A stretch of 64,000 bases of DNA from Aquificota bacterium (GTDB taxonomy: Bacteria; Thermosulfidibacterota; Thermosulfidibacteria; Thermosulfidibacterales; B14-G1): positions 43,746 through 107,745 of the forward strand of contig WFSL01000022.1 of assembly GCA_015486015.1 (NCBI GenBank), read 5' to 3'. Positions 45,403 through 56,212 of this stretch are shown here, piece after piece; the first letter of the stretch is position 1; the number at the start of each line of letters is the position of its first letter. The position numbers were made by a program, and so were the translations under genes. The notes below the pieces were generated by a model, which ran no database searches, was not told where the DNA came from, and saw only the letters and a program-made list of their open reading frames with translations.

Positions 45403-47799
45403 ATGCTCTTCACACTGAACTGGCTGAGTGAGTTTGTGGACTGTAAGGACCTCTCTCCTGAGGAGGTTGCTACCCGCCTCACTATGGCAGGGTTAGAGGT
45501 AGAGGGGCTACGCTACTTAGGGGAGGGGCTTGAACAGGTGAAGGTGGGGCGCATCCTTGCTGTAAAGGATCATCCCCGTCAGCGGAACTGGAGGGTGTGC
45601 AGGGTTTCTATTGGCGATGGAGAGGTCCAAGTGGTGAGTGGTGCCCCTCAACTGAGGGAAGGGAGGACAGTGTTGGTGGCCCTGCCAGGGGCCTCACTCC
45701 CCTCAGGGATGGTGGTGAAGACAATGGAGTTGAAGGGGATAGCATCTCAAGGGAACCTCGTTTCAGAAATTGAGCTGGGGCTGGCAGAAGAGGGGGAGGT
45801 GGAAACGGTGATCTTTTTGGAGGAGGGGGAGCCTGGTGCACCTGCAGCCCCCTTACTCTACATGGATGATTACGTCTTAGAGACCAGTCCAACACCTAAC
45901 AGGCCTGACTGTCTTGGGGTCCTTGGGGTGGCGCGCGAGCTTGCAGTGCTTTTAAATAGGCCCCTCAAAATGCCCTCGATCTCCTTTCCTGAGGAGGGCC
46001 CACCCATAGGGGGAGTGGCTCAGGTAGAGATTCTGGAGCCAGATCTCTGTTCGAGGTATTGTGCCCGATATGTGGAGGATGTTGAAGTAGGTTCCTCACC
46101 CCTTTCTATGAAGGTTAGGCTTAACGCAGTGGGTATCCGGTCTATATCCAATGTGGTGGATGTGACCAATTACGTGTTGATAGAGACGGGTCATCCCCTC
46201 CATGCCTTCGACTATGACGATTTGAGGGAGCATAGGATAGTGGTGAGGAGGGCCAAAAAAGGGGAGGTATTAGTCACCCTGGATGGAGAGGCAAGGGAGC
46301 TTACCCCTGAGATGCTCCTCATAGCAGATGCTGAGAGGGGTGTAGCCTTGGCTGGGATCATGGGAGGCGCCAACTCTGAGGTGAGGAAGCGCTCCCATAG
46401 GATACTTATCGAGAGCGCCTTCTTTGAACCCACGTCCATTAGACGGACCTCTAAGGCCCTGGGCCTTTCAACAGAGGCCTCCAAGAGGTTTGAGAGAGGC
46501 GCCGATGTTGAAGGTCTTGTAATGGCCTTAAATAGGGCTACTCAGCTTGTCCTCCAGGTGGCTGGTGGTAAGGTGGCTCGAGGGATACTGGACGTTTATC
46601 CCAAACCTTACAGGCCTAAGAGGGTGTATCTCTCTCACAAGAATCTGGAGGGCATTCTTGGGACCTCGGTGCCCATAGACGAGGTGGAGCGCATCTTGAA
46701 AGGGCTGGGGTTCTCTCCAAAAAGGGAAGGGGAGGGATGGGAGACCACAGTGCCCTCTTACAGGGCCTTCGATGTGGGTAGGGAGATAGATTTGGTTGAG
46801 GAAGTGGCCAGGATCCATGGATACCACAGCATCCCCTCTACCATGCCTTCTGGCCCCCTGCCCAAAGAGAGGGTGAGGAGTCAGCGTCCGCTAATTGTGG
46901 AGGTAGAGTCCCTCCTATCTGGCATGGGCCTGATAGAGGTGATCAATTACAGCTTCATAGATCCACGCTCCTTGAGCCTTTTGGGCCTTCCTCGGGGAGA
47001 TCCCCGCTACAACTTCATGGTATTGCAGAACCCGTTGAGTGAGGAGATGTCCGTGATGAGGACTACCCTTCTACCAGGTCTCATCAACACGGCAGTCAGC
47101 AATGAGAAGGTACAGGTGAGGGACATGGCTATCTTCGAGATAGGGAAGGTCTTTTTACCATCCAAACAGGGGCCACCAGAATATCTGCATGGAGGTATTC
47201 TGGCCACAGGGAAGCGCGGGGTGAGCTGGGACAGTAAGGGTCAGGAGTATGACTTCTTCTTTGTAAAGGGCGTGGTAGAAGAGTTAGTTAGGCGCCTCAG
47301 GGGTCGGGATTTGGCGTTAGGCCCTTGCAAGGAGCCATTCCTCCATCCCGGGCGTTCAGCCACTATAATGATCAATGGGAGGCCTATAGGTTACATAGGA
47401 GAGATTCATCCTAAGGTAGCCCGTACCTTTCGGCTCTCCCAAAGGTGCTATGTGGCGGAGCTGCTGTTAGAGGCCTTGGTGGGTGGGAGGGAGATCACCT
47501 ATACCCCACTTCCCAGGTTTCCAGGGTCCAGCAGGGATCTCTCCCTTGTGGCCCCCTTGGGACTCTCCCATGGAGAGATCCTTAATACCATCCAGGAGTT
47601 GGCACCCCCACAACTCAAGGAGGTACGTCTCATAGACCTTTACACCGGTCCACCCATCGAAGAGAGCAAAAGGGGCCTCACCTACTCTCTGTTCTATCGG
47701 GCTGATGACAGGACCCTCACTGATGATGAGGTGGAGGAGGCCCACGGTAGGCTGGTAGAAGAGATAGAGAAGAGGCTGCCCATCTCTGTAAGGCGCTGA
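45403..47799 (+). CDS. pheT: Phenylalanine--tRNA ligase beta subunit
   Basis: 798 aa with a MLFTLNWLSEFV N-terminus, B3/4 and B5 regions, and a C-terminal FDX-ACB-like domain. Confidence 0.92.
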   Translation: MLFTLNWLSEFVDCKDLSPEEVATRLTMAGLEVEGLRYLGEGLEQVKVGRILAVKDHPRQRNWRVCRVSIGDGEVQVVSGAPQLREGRTVLVALPGASLPSGMVVKTMELKGIASQGNLVSEIELGLAEEGEVETVIFLEEGEPGAPAAPLLYMDDYVLETSPTPNRPDCLGVLGVARELAVLLNRPLKMPSISFPEEGPPIGGVAQVEILEPDLCSRYCARYVEDVEVGSSPLSMKVRLNAVGIRSISNVVDVTNYVLIETGHPLHAFDYDDLREHRIVVRRAKKGEVLVTLDGEARELTPEMLLIADAERGVALAGIMGGANSEVRKRSHRILIESAFFEPTSIRRTSKALGLSTEASKRFERGADVEGLVMALNRATQLVLQVAGGKVARGILDVYPKPYRPKRVYLSHKNLEGILGTSVPIDEVERILKGLGFSPKREGEGWETTVPSYRAFDVGREIDLVEEVARIHGYHSIPSTMPSGPLPKERVRSQRPLIVEVESLLSGMGLIEVINYSFIDPRSLSLLGLPRGDPRYNFMVLQNPLSEEMSVMRTTLLPGLINTAVSNEKVQVRDMAIFEIGKVFLPSKQGPPEYLHGGILATGKRGVSWDSKGQEYDFFFVKGVVEELVRRLRGRDLALGPCKEPFLHPGRSATIMINGRPIGYIGEIHPKVARTFRLSQRCYVAELLLEALVGGREITYTPLPRFPGSSRDLSLVAPLGLSHGEILNTIQELAPPQLKEVRLIDLYTGPPIEESKRGLTYSLFYRADDRTLTDDEVEEAHGRLVEEIEKRLPISVRR

Positions 47800-47835
47800 T
47801 AGTGCTCTAACAGATCGAAATCTCTCAATTTGTCC

Positions 47836-48336
47836 TTATCTTTGCGCCCTTAATGCGATCTCTAATGCCATGAGATAGGCCTCCATGGCCTCTCTTTGAG
47901 TGGGCTCGACTTGAAGGAGCCTGTGAAGGATCTGGACCACTTCCGGGTGACGGAGGAGCCTTTCTACCACCTCTCTAAGGATTGGGTCCACCATCTCAGG
48001 GGCCCCATAAGGGGAAATCGCCTCGCCTACCTCTTCGAGGTACCTTGGACCTGAGCCAGTGATGAACCAGTTTGGATTCACCTTGAACTTCTCCCTCAGT
48101 AGGTGCACCAATGACACTCTTGGTTCGTTTTTGCCACTAATATAGCGGTTGAGTGCCGATTTCGACACCCCAAGGGATCGGGCAAATACCTCGAGACTAA
48201 GCCCCGAGTCTTTTTGGGCCTCTCTCAACCTCAATCCTATCTCCTTCCTAAGGATAGGCAGATAGTTATGGATCGAATGGACCTCTTCATTCCTATCTCG
48301 GTCCGTATCGTACCCATTTCCCTCAGGGTTCCTCAT
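47836..48336 (-). CDS. XRE-family (phage cI-like HTH) transcriptional regulator
   Basis: 166 aa. HTH LSLEVFARSLGVSKSALNRYISG followed by NPNWFITGSG, typical of the cI/Cro-type family. Confidence 0.75.
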   Translation of the reverse strand: MRNPEGNGYDTDRDRNEEVHSIHNYLPILRKEIGLRLREAQKDSGLSLEVFARSLGVSKSALNRYISGKNEPRVSLVHLLREKFKVNPNWFITGSGPRYLEEVGEAISPYGAPEMVDPILREVVERLLRHPEVVQILHRLLQVEPTQREAMEAYLMALEIALRAQR

Positions 48337-48361
48337 TGCAGAAATTCCCCCCTAAAATGCC

Positions 48362-48389
48362 CATTTCTGGGTTGATGTAACCAGAAATG
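48362..48389. promoter_or_regulatory. Palindrome CATTTCTGG-N10-CCAGAAATG upstream of the XRE regulator
   Basis: Perfect 9-bp arms, 26-53 nt upstream of the XRE start codon. Plausible autoregulatory operator. Confidence 0.35.
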
Positions 48390-48586
48390 ATGCTAACTAC
48401 TTGTTACTGCTAAACTTTTATACACGCGAGGTATACAAGGGGCAATGGTATTTTTCCGAAGGGCGGTTTGGGGGAATCTCTTTTGGGGAATAGAGGGATA
48501 GCCGATGATGAGGACCCTTAAATCGGCATTTGATTATGGGTACATAATGGGACTCCGTGGAGTTGGCAGCCTCCCTTCTTCCACAC

Positions 48587-49441
48587 CTAAGGGGCAGGTG
48601 GAGAGAAATCGCGATATGGGGCTGTCCTATCCCTGATTTCTCTTCTCTTTTCCATAAACCTGGGGCCGGAGGGTAGCACCTGCTGCTCAAAATGCCATAT
48701 TACCTGTTTCTCTATCCATCTATCAGGGGCCTCCCCCCATTCTATTGTACACCTTCCCCCCTTTATCCCCAGTTTCCCCACGATTCCGCAATTGGGGCAT
48801 TTAACCTTTGTGGAATTGGTGAATTGTAAGAGGGTATTGTGGCAATACGGACAGGAGAATGGGGCAGCTTCTCCAAGATACCTCTTTTCCCCCCTAAGGG
48901 CTTCTACCAAGGCTCTTCCCCCATTTTTGGCCCTCCTCATGCCCTCCTCTTGGTATATTACTTCCCCTGGCCCCTGCCCGTAAATCACGAACTGGTCCAC
49001 TATGAAATACCCCAAGGCACGGAGGAAGAGGGCGTTCACGGGAAGGGCATAAGACTCCCATCCGGGGATCCCTGCCGTAGCTATGGAGAGAGCAGGGCGC
49101 CCTTCCAGCTCCCGACCGTAACCGTACATGAAGCCCATGCCACGATCCATGAAGGTCTTGAGTATACCTGTAGGACCAAGGAGATAGGTGGGAGCACCCA
49201 ACACTAAAGCATCGTACCTTGTAAGGATTCTATACACCTTATGGGCATCATCTTGGACAGGACACTCTACCTTTTTGAATACGCAACTCATGCAGCCCCT
49301 GCAAGGCTCTATCCGGTAATCTGTGAGGCGTATCATGGCCACCTGGGCTCCCGCCTCTTGAGCCCCCATGAGGGCCTCCTTTACAGCGATCTCTGTATTG
49401 CCCATCTTCCTGTAGCTGCAAACCATACCCAATACCTTCAT
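48587..49441 (-). CDS. Iron-sulfur flavoprotein (Isf / NADPH-dependent FMN reductase family) with a C-terminal zinc-ribbon extension
   Basis: Flavodoxin-like N-terminus MKVLGMVCSYRKMGNT. Compact Cys cluster CRGCMSCVFKKVEC (C-x2-C-x2-C-x7-C). Extra C-terminal region with CPYC-x15-CPNC. Confidence 0.7.
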   Translation of the reverse strand: MKVLGMVCSYRKMGNTEIAVKEALMGAQEAGAQVAMIRLTDYRIEPCRGCMSCVFKKVECPVQDDAHKVYRILTRYDALVLGAPTYLLGPTGILKTFMDRGMGFMYGYGRELEGRPALSIATAGIPGWESYALPVNALFLRALGYFIVDQFVIYGQGPGEVIYQEEGMRRAKNGGRALVEALRGEKRYLGEAAPFSCPYCHNTLLQFTNSTKVKCPNCGIVGKLGIKGGRCTIEWGEAPDRWIEKQVIWHFEQQVLPSGPRFMEKRREIRDRTAPYRDFSPPAP

Positions 49442-49462
49442 TTCTCACCTCCGTCCTTAGAC

Positions 49463-49828
49463 TTATGGCCAGTATCCTTCCAACACATCCTCGAAGAACT
49501 CTAAAACCGGCCATTCCTCGTCCCATTCAATGGCAATGAAATCTACCTTGTAAGGCCCTTTCCACTTCTCTCGCTGGATGTATATCTGCACGGCCCTCCA
49601 TAGGTGGTCCCGTTTTCTCCTTGTCAGGGCCTCCTTAGGGTCTAAGAGGCCGCCCCTACTCACAGTGCGTACCTCGACTAAATGGAGGGTATCCCCCCTC
49701 TTGGCCACAATATCAATTTCCCCCCATCGGGTGTTAAAGTTTCGGTTGATCACCTTGAATCCGCGCTCCTTCAGGAATGAGGTGGCCAGGTCCTCCCCTC
49801 TCTTGCCTAACTCTCTGGTTTTACCCAC
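49463..49828 (-). CDS. yraN: YraN family (UPF0102) endonuclease-like protein
   Basis: GKRGEDLATSFLKERGFKVINRNF..GEIDIVA....LHLVEVRT core. The start is uncertain (GTG 49828 preferred; ATG 49855 or the ORF-track 49951 are alternatives). Confidence 0.7.
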   Translation of the reverse strand: MGKTRELGKRGEDLATSFLKERGFKVINRNFNTRWGEIDIVAKRGDTLHLVEVRTVSRGGLLDPKEALTRRKRDHLWRAVQIYIQREKWKGPYKVDFIAIEWDEEWPVLEFFEDVLEGYWP

Positions 49829-50448
49829 TTGAATGTCCTCCGGTGGATGGGACATGGACCATAGCGCTGCAGCGCCTGACGGTGTTGGAGGGTGGCGTAT
49901 CCCTTGTGAGAGGCGAAGCCATATTGGGGAAATACCTTGTCGTATCGACACATAAGCCGATCCCTGATCACCTTCGCTATAATGGAGGCAGCTGCTATGG
50001 ATAAGCTTTTGTTGTCCCCTTTCACCACAGAGACTGTGGGGATGGGAAGACCCTTGAGTTTCATCCCGTCTACTATCACTAAACGAGGTCCGATGCGGAG
50101 GCTACCCACGGCCCTCCTCATGGCCTCAGCTGCGGCCTGATAGATGTTAACCCGATCTATCTGCTTCCAGCCTACTACCCCAATGGACCAGTCCATGGCC
50201 TTCTCCTTGATCACTTCAAAGAGGGCCTCCCTCTTCTTGGGGGAGAGGGTTTTAGAGTCCTTGACGTCTGGGATAGGGGCATCCAGAGGGAGTATAACAG
50301 CCGCTGCTACCACAGGGCCGGCAATACACCCTCTCCCAGCCTCGTCCACCCCTGATAGCGGGAAGAACCCCTCCTTACTGAAGTGGCGATCAAAAGCAAG
50401 TCTGGCCTTGTCGGGATCTTCTCCCTGGTGTGGAGCGTGCCTCCTCAT
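49807..50448 (-). CDS. rnhB: Ribonuclease HII
   Basis: 213 aa. GVDEAGRGCIAGPVV active-site motif and DSKTLSPKKRE. Confidence 0.9.
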   Translation of the reverse strand: MRRHAPHQGEDPDKARLAFDRHFSKEGFFPLSGVDEAGRGCIAGPVVAAAVILPLDAPIPDVKDSKTLSPKKREALFEVIKEKAMDWSIGVVGWKQIDRVNIYQAAAEAMRRAVGSLRIGPRLVIVDGMKLKGLPIPTVSVVKGDNKSLSIAAASIIAKVIRDRLMCRYDKVFPQYGFASHKGYATLQHRQALQRYGPCPIHRRTFKWVKPES

Positions 50449-51230
50449 AGCCTCTCCTCATAAATGCGCCTCCTGAGGTGCCTGATATGGGCCTTTACCA
50501 GGCCTGTCCTGTACCCTTGTCTCTTTAACCTCCTTAGGATGGCCAGTGCATCCTTCAGCCTTCCCTGATCCTCCCTCAGATTGGCAAGCCCCAAAAGCGC
50601 CTCCTGGACCTCGTAGCCCTTGCCCGTCTTTATAACGCTCTGATAGAGTCTTTCTGCCTGATCCCAGGCCCCAACGCTCCTACAAAGCTCTGCCAGCATC
50701 AGGATAAACCCTTTATCTTTATTCAGCGGGGCATTTTGGAGGAAGGGTTTGGCCAATTTATACGCCCTCTGTGTGTCCCCCATTTCAATTGCATACTCTA
50801 CCATCCGCTCCTCCCTGAGGTCAGGGAAGTGGGAACCCGGAGGCATGGCTTCTAAGGTTTTCAGGCCCTTCTTGGGATCACCCAAGTCTTGGGCCTGGAT
50901 CTCTGCCATAAGAAGCCAGGCGTCCCTCTTCTGGGCATACGGATAGTCCCCCCGGATCAGGGAATTACAGTAAGCTATAGCCTTATTGGGGTCCTGTCTC
51001 AACGATCTCGCCATGTGGGCCAACTTCAGGAGCGCCATAGCTGCGTATTGGGAGTTACCCCCCTCCTGAACCACCCTTTCAAATATCCCATGGGCCTCGG
51101 CAAAGTTCCCTTTGGAGAGGGCTTTCACCCCCTCTTTGTATAGGCCTTTCTCCTTGCTGCAGCCCCAGACCAGGATCATTGTTAGGAGAAGCCAGAGGGT
51201 AATCCAGCGGCCCTTCAGGGGGATCTTCAT
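50445..51230 (-). CDS. TPR-repeat lipoprotein
   Basis: Lipobox LVWGC after a hydrophobic signal peptide, then TPR-like repeats. 4-nt overlaps with gyrA and rnhB. Confidence 0.6.
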   Translation of the reverse strand: MKIPLKGRWITLWLLLTMILVWGCSKEKGLYKEGVKALSKGNFAEAHGIFERVVQEGGNSQYAAMALLKLAHMARSLRQDPNKAIAYCNSLIRGDYPYAQKRDAWLLMAEIQAQDLGDPKKGLKTLEAMPPGSHFPDLREERMVEYAIEMGDTQRAYKLAKPFLQNAPLNKDKGFILMLAELCRSVGAWDQAERLYQSVIKTGKGYEVQEALLGLANLREDQGRLKDALAILRRLKRQGYRTGLVKAHIRHLRRRIYEERL

Positions 51231-53647
51231 CTTTCATTCTCCCTCTCCCGTACCAGACTCACACCCACTACGGTATCCTTAGGGGGGAGGTCTATTAGCC
51301 GGACCCCTTGGGCAGGACGCCCCATTATGGAGATCTCGCTCGCCTTCAGCCTGATGGCCATACCCTCCTGGGTGGCTATAAAGATTTCATCCTCGGGGTT
51401 TACCACCAGTATACCCACCATCTCCCTCGTCTTTTCTGTGAGGCGATGTGCAGTCACTCCCCTTCCACCTCTGGCCTGGACCCTGTAAGCGGATATGGGC
51501 GTCCTTTTTCCATAGCCCTTCTGGGTTACTGTGAGCACGTACTCTCCAGTAAGGGCTTCCATCCCCACCACCTCGTCTCCTGGGGCCAACCTGATGCCTC
51601 TCACCCCTCGGGCATTTCTTCCCATGGCCCTCACCTGCGCGGAGGAAAAGGCCATGGCCTTACCCCCTTTGGTGCCCAGGATCACTGGGGTCTCTCTCTC
51701 TACTGGCTTCACGGATATGAGCTCATCGCTGTCATCCAGCTTTAAGGCAACGATTCCTCCCCTGCGTACATTTTGAAATTGGTTAAGGGGTACCCTTTTT
51801 ACCACCCCCAGCTTGGTGGCCATCATGAGGTGCCTCCCAGCCTCTGTCTCCTTGAGGTGGGTGAAGGCGGTCACTCTTTCCCCTTCCTCCAACCTGAGGA
51901 TCTGGCTTATGTGCTTGCCTTTGGCATGGCGGGAGCCTTGAGGGATCTCATACACCTTCAAACGATGCACCTTCCCCCTGTTGGTGAAGAAGAGGAGGTG
52001 GTCCAGGGTCGAGGCGATGTACAACTGCTCCACGAGGTCCTCCTCCTTCACCTCTAAGGCCCTCTTTCCCCTTCCCCCTTTCCTCTGGCTCCGATAGATG
52101 GCAAGGGGAGTCCTCTTTAGCAGGCCCCTGTGCGTGAGAGTAACCACCATCTTCTCCTCTTTGATGAAGGCCTCCGGATCAAAGGTCTCCACCTCTTCTA
52201 TGATGGTGGTTCTCCTCTGGTCTCCAAAGCGCTCCTTCACTTCTAAAAGCTCCTCCCTCACCACTCCCCACAGCACGGTCTCCTCCCGTAGGATGGTTTC
52301 TAACCTTTGGATGAGGGCTGTCACTTCCTGGTACTCCTTCTCAATCTTTTCCCGTTCCAAGGCAGTGAGGCGTTGGAGCCTCATCTCCAGGATCGCCTGG
52401 GCCTGCCTCTCTGAGAGGGCAAACCCTTCCATAAGCCCATTTCGGGCCTCCTGGGGTGTAGAGGAAGCCCGGATGAGCCTGATCACGGCATCCAGATGCT
52501 CTATGGCTATCCTCAGGCCTTCGAGGAGATGAAGCTTATCCCGGGCCTTCTTCAGATCAAAGGTGGTCCTTCTGGTCACTACCTCCCTGCGGAATTCCAG
52601 GAAAGCCTTCAGTATTTCAGGGAGAGAAAGGAGCTTTGGGGCCCCATCTACCAAGGCGATAAGGATTACCCCGAAGCCAGTCTCCATAGGTGTGTAGCGG
52701 TAAAGCTTCTTTAGTACAAAATCCGGGTCCTCACCACGTTTGAGCTCAATCACTATCCTCACCCCGTGGCGGTCTGACTCGTCACGCACCGCTTGCACCT
52801 CTTCCAGCTTGCCCTCAACGGCCAATCGGGAAATGCGCTCCACTAATGAGGCCTTGTTGAGTTGATAGGGTATCTCCCGCACTACCAAGGCCACCCTTTT
52901 GCCCTTCATGGATTCCACTTCTACCTTGGCCCTCATGCGGAGGGCCCCTTTCCCTGTCTGATAGGCCCGAAGGATCTCGCTGCGCCCACAGATGAACGCC
53001 CCAGTGGGGAAGTCTGGGCCCTGGATGAAGTTCATGATCTCCTCCACCGTGGCATCTGGGTGATCAATGATATAGAGCAAGGCATCTACCACCTCTGAGA
53101 GGTTGTGAGGAGGGATATTGGTGGCCATGCCCACGGCAATTCCTGCCGAGCCGTTGACCAGCAAGTTGGGTACCCGTGTGGGCAAGACGGTGGGCTCATC
53201 GAAGGAGCCGTCAAAGTTGGGTATAAAGTCTACAGTCTCTTTCTCTATGTCACGCAGAAACTCTTCGGCCAGGGAAGTGAGTCTCACCTCTGTATACCGC
53301 ATAGCGGCTGGGGGATCCCCATCTAAGGAACCGAAGTTTCCCTGTCCATCTACCAAGGGATAGCGCATGGCGAAGTCCTGGGCCATGCGCACCAATGCAT
53401 CATAAACGGCGGCATCGCCGTGGGGGTGAAACTTTCCCAGTACCTCTCCCACCACCCTGGCAGACTTTTTGAAGGGTCTGTTGGACGTCAGCCCCAGCCC
53501 TTGCATCGCATAGAGGATGCGCCTATGTACGGGTTTGAGGCCATCCCTGATGTCGGGCAGAGCGCGCCCTACAATTACGCTCATGGCGTAATCTATGTAG
53601 GCGCTTTTCATTTCCTCTTCTATGCTTATGGGTATCACCTTGGCCAT
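51227..53647 (-). CDS. gyrA: DNA gyrase subunit A
   Basis: 806 aa. [24 protein letters not shown], catalytic Tyr context AAMRYTE, and a C-terminal beta-pinwheel. Confidence 0.95.
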   Translation of the reverse strand: MAKVIPISIEEEMKSAYIDYAMSVIVGRALPDIRDGLKPVHRRILYAMQGLGLTSNRPFKKSARVVGEVLGKFHPHGDAAVYDALVRMAQDFAMRYPLVDGQGNFGSLDGDPPAAMRYTEVRLTSLAEEFLRDIEKETVDFIPNFDGSFDEPTVLPTRVPNLLVNGSAGIAVGMATNIPPHNLSEVVDALLYIIDHPDATVEEIMNFIQGPDFPTGAFICGRSEILRAYQTGKGALRMRAKVEVESMKGKRVALVVREIPYQLNKASLVERISRLAVEGKLEEVQAVRDESDRHGVRIVIELKRGEDPDFVLKKLYRYTPMETGFGVILIALVDGAPKLLSLPEILKAFLEFRREVVTRRTTFDLKKARDKLHLLEGLRIAIEHLDAVIRLIRASSTPQEARNGLMEGFALSERQAQAILEMRLQRLTALEREKIEKEYQEVTALIQRLETILREETVLWGVVREELLEVKERFGDQRRTTIIEEVETFDPEAFIKEEKMVVTLTHRGLLKRTPLAIYRSQRKGGRGKRALEVKEEDLVEQLYIASTLDHLLFFTNRGKVHRLKVYEIPQGSRHAKGKHISQILRLEEGERVTAFTHLKETEAGRHLMMATKLGVVKRVPLNQFQNVRRGGIVALKLDDSDELISVKPVERETPVILGTKGGKAMAFSSAQVRAMGRNARGVRGIRLAPGDEVVGMEALTGEYVLTVTQKGYGKRTPISAYRVQARGGRGVTAHRLTEKTREMVGILVVNPEDEIFIATQEGMAIRLKASEISIMGRPAQGVRLIDLPPKDTVVGVSLVRERENER

Positions 53648-53667
53648 AGGGAGGGCCTCCTATTCCC

Positions 53668-53964
53668 TTAGCCCTGAATAATCCTTGGTACCCGGAAGAA
53701 CCCCCTTTCGTCTCTGTCAGGGGCATTGGCCAGGGCCTCCTCCTGGGAGAGGGAGGGTTTGGCCTGGTCATCCCGCATCACATTGGTCTGGGCCAGGGCA
53801 TGGAAGGTAGGTTCTACCCCCTCTGTATCCAGCTCCTTCAGTTGATCCATGTACTCTATTATCCTGTTGAGCTGGTGGGTAAACTCCTCTACCTCTTGAG
53901 GGGTGAACTCCAATCTGGCCAGACGGGCAACGTGCAGCACTTCGGATCTACTGATTTTCTCCAT
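53668..53964 (-). CDS. gatC: Asp-tRNA(Asn)/Glu-tRNA(Gln) amidotransferase subunit C
   Basis: 98 aa. [34 protein letters not shown]. Confidence 0.88.
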   Translation of the reverse strand: MEKISRSEVLHVARLARLEFTPQEVEEFTHQLNRIIEYMDQLKELDTEGVEPTFHALAQTNVMRDDQAKPSLSQEEALANAPDRDERGFFRVPRIIQG

Positions 53965-53981
53965 GGGCTCACCTCCCTCCT

Positions 53982-56084
53982 TTAGCCCTTCTTGAGCCGG
54001 GCAAGTCTTGCCAAAAGAAGCTTTTCCCCTACCCTATCGAACCTTACCCTAAGCTTCAAGGTTGTCCCTGAGCCCTCAAGTGCCTTCACCCTTCCAGGGC
54101 CGAATGCTGGATGAAACACAGGTTCCCCTACACGCCATTCCTCTTGAGTGAAGGGTGTGGTATCTGGGGTTTTCCCTTCTCGCTTCACCAACCTTTGGGG
54201 GATGGACCGGAGGAACCTCGAAGGGGGGAAGGTCCGATGACTCCCGTAGTAGAGCCGTTTTTTGGCATAGGTGAGAAACAGAAGATCCTTAGCCCTTGTG
54301 AAACCCACATAGCAGAGACGCCTTTCCTCCTCTAAGGAGGCGAGGCTCTCCATGGAAAGGGCATGAGGCAAGAATCCCTCCTCCATCCCTACCATGAAAA
54401 CCACTGGGAATTCTAAGCCCTTTGCAGAGTGGAGGGTCATGAGGGTCACCCTTAATCCCTCTTTCCTCTCATCTTGAGACGTAGTGAGAGATGCCCTGTC
54501 TATGAACTCCCTCAATCCATTCTCAACGTGGTCATACTCCACAGCCACATTTACTAACTCCCTGAGGTTCTCCATCCTTGCCTCTGCCTCGATAGTCCCT
54601 TCTGCCTCCAGGGCCTGGATGTAGCCTGTGGCACCCATCAGGTGATCTACAAAGCGAGAGAGAGGCATTTCTTTAGAGGCGGCCTGGAGCTCCTCCAGCA
54701 GGCTGACGAACGAAAGGAGGCGTGCCCTTTGGGCAGAGGGGACCTCCGCCCTTTTTAAGCCTTCCCACAATGGGAGGCCTTCCTGCTCGCAGAAGTGTAA
54801 GACCCGCTCCACGGTTCTCTCGCCAAGGCCCCTCTTTGGGGTGTTTATCACCCGACGAAAGGCCAAGGTATCGTTGGGGTTCTCCACCAATCGGAGATAG
54901 GCAATGATGTCTTTGATCTCTTTCCTATCATAAAATCGGAGGCCACCTACCACCTGATACGGGATCCCCTCTTTGCTAAGGGCCTCCTCTAAGGGGCGTG
55001 ACTGGGCGTTCGTCCGGTAGAAGACGGCAAAATGCGAAAGGGGACGGACCTTAGACATCTCTTTGATCTTGGAGACCACATAGCGCGCCTCGTTCTTTTC
55101 GTCTGTGGCCACATAAAGGGTGATCCTCTCTCCTTGGGGATTGGCAGTGAAGAGGCGTTTCTCCTTTCGGAGGGTGTTCTCCCTGATCACATGCCAGGCA
55201 GCGTCCAGAATGATTTGGGTGGATCGGTAGTTCTCTTCTAACTTTACCACCTTTGCCTCGGGGAAGTCTCGCTCAAACAAAAAGACATTCCGCACATCTG
55301 CTCCACGCCAGCTATAGATGGACTGGTCATCGTCCCCCACCACGCATAGGTTCCTGTGCTTCCTGGCCATAATGCTCACGATCTGGTATTGGGGAGGATT
55401 GGTGTCCTGGTACTCATCCACCATGATGTGATGGAATCGGCCCTGCAGGAATTTTCTCACTGGCTCCTCCTCCAGGAGCCTCAAGGGATAGAGGATGAGA
55501 TCGTCAAAGTCCATAGCGTTGTTCTGTCTCAGAAATTCCCTGTAACGTGCGTAGATGAGGTTTACCACATCCATCCACTTCCCCTCCCCTTTCAATTCCC
55601 CAGGGTCCCCTTGGGCCATCCGCAGCTTACTCATGGTGGCAAGGATGGGTCGGGGGGAGAAGCGCCTATCCTCTATTCCCATCTCTTTAAGGATCTGCTT
55701 TACCAGTGCTACCTGATCTGAGTCGTCATAGACACTGAAGTCTGGAGTGTACCCTAACATGTTTGCAAAGCGGCGCATCACCCAAAGCCCAAAGGAGTGG
55801 AAGGTGGATAGGAACGGAGGATTATGCCATTTATAGCCTATAAGGTGTGCTACTCGATTTTTCATTTCCTGGGCCGCTTTGTTGGTGAAGGTGAGGCCAA
55901 GGATCCCCTCGGGGGCCTCCCCAGAAGCGATGAGATAAGCCACCCTGTGGGTGATCACCCTGGTCTTGCCCGATCCTGCCCCTGCCAGGATAAGCAAGGG
56001 GCCAGAGATAAAAGTCACCGCCTCTTTCTGGGGCTCGTTGAGCCCTGCCAGCAGATCCTCTATGCTCGTGAGCGTCTTCTTCAT
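53982..56084 (-). CDS. pcrA: ATP-dependent DNA helicase PcrA/UvrD
   Basis: [27 protein letters not shown], and [10 protein letters not shown] motifs. The ATG at 56084 ([12 protein letters not shown]) is preferred to the ORF-track 56321. Confidence 0.9.
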   Translation of the reverse strand: MKKTLTSIEDLLAGLNEPQKEAVTFISGPLLILAGAGSGKTRVITHRVAYLIASGEAPEGILGLTFTNKAAQEMKNRVAHLIGYKWHNPPFLSTFHSFGLWVMRRFANMLGYTPDFSVYDDSDQVALVKQILKEMGIEDRRFSPRPILATMSKLRMAQGDPGELKGEGKWMDVVNLIYARYREFLRQNNAMDFDDLILYPLRLLEEEPVRKFLQGRFHHIMVDEYQDTNPPQYQIVSIMARKHRNLCVVGDDDQSIYSWRGADVRNVFLFERDFPEAKVVKLEENYRSTQIILDAAWHVIRENTLRKEKRLFTANPQGERITLYVATDEKNEARYVVSKIKEMSKVRPLSHFAVFYRTNAQSRPLEEALSKEGIPYQVVGGLRFYDRKEIKDIIAYLRLVENPNDTLAFRRVINTPKRGLGERTVERVLHFCEQEGLPLWEGLKRAEVPSAQRARLLSFVSLLEELQAASKEMPLSRFVDHLMGATGYIQALEAEGTIEAEARMENLRELVNVAVEYDHVENGLREFIDRASLTTSQDERKEGLRVTLMTLHSAKGLEFPVVFMVGMEEGFLPHALSMESLASLEEERRLCYVGFTRAKDLLFLTYAKKRLYYGSHRTFPPSRFLRSIPQRLVKREGKTPDTTPFTQEEWRVGEPVFHPAFGPGRVKALEGSGTTLKLRVRFDRVGEKLLLARLARLKKG

Positions 56085-56212
56085 TATAAAAATTTTAAAC
56101 CTAAGTTGGATGATTTTACTACCCCCTCTGGCCGAATTGCTAAAAATCCTCGGGCCTCCTGTTGCACCCTGAGGGTAGGTGGAGTAGAAAGAGACAGAAG
56201 CGGAGAGCATCC

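Noticed and set aside
48418-48690. 90-aa minus-strand ORF in the XRE/Isf gap
   Set aside because: It overlaps the Isf 3' end out of frame, has no SD, and gives a low-complexity translation.
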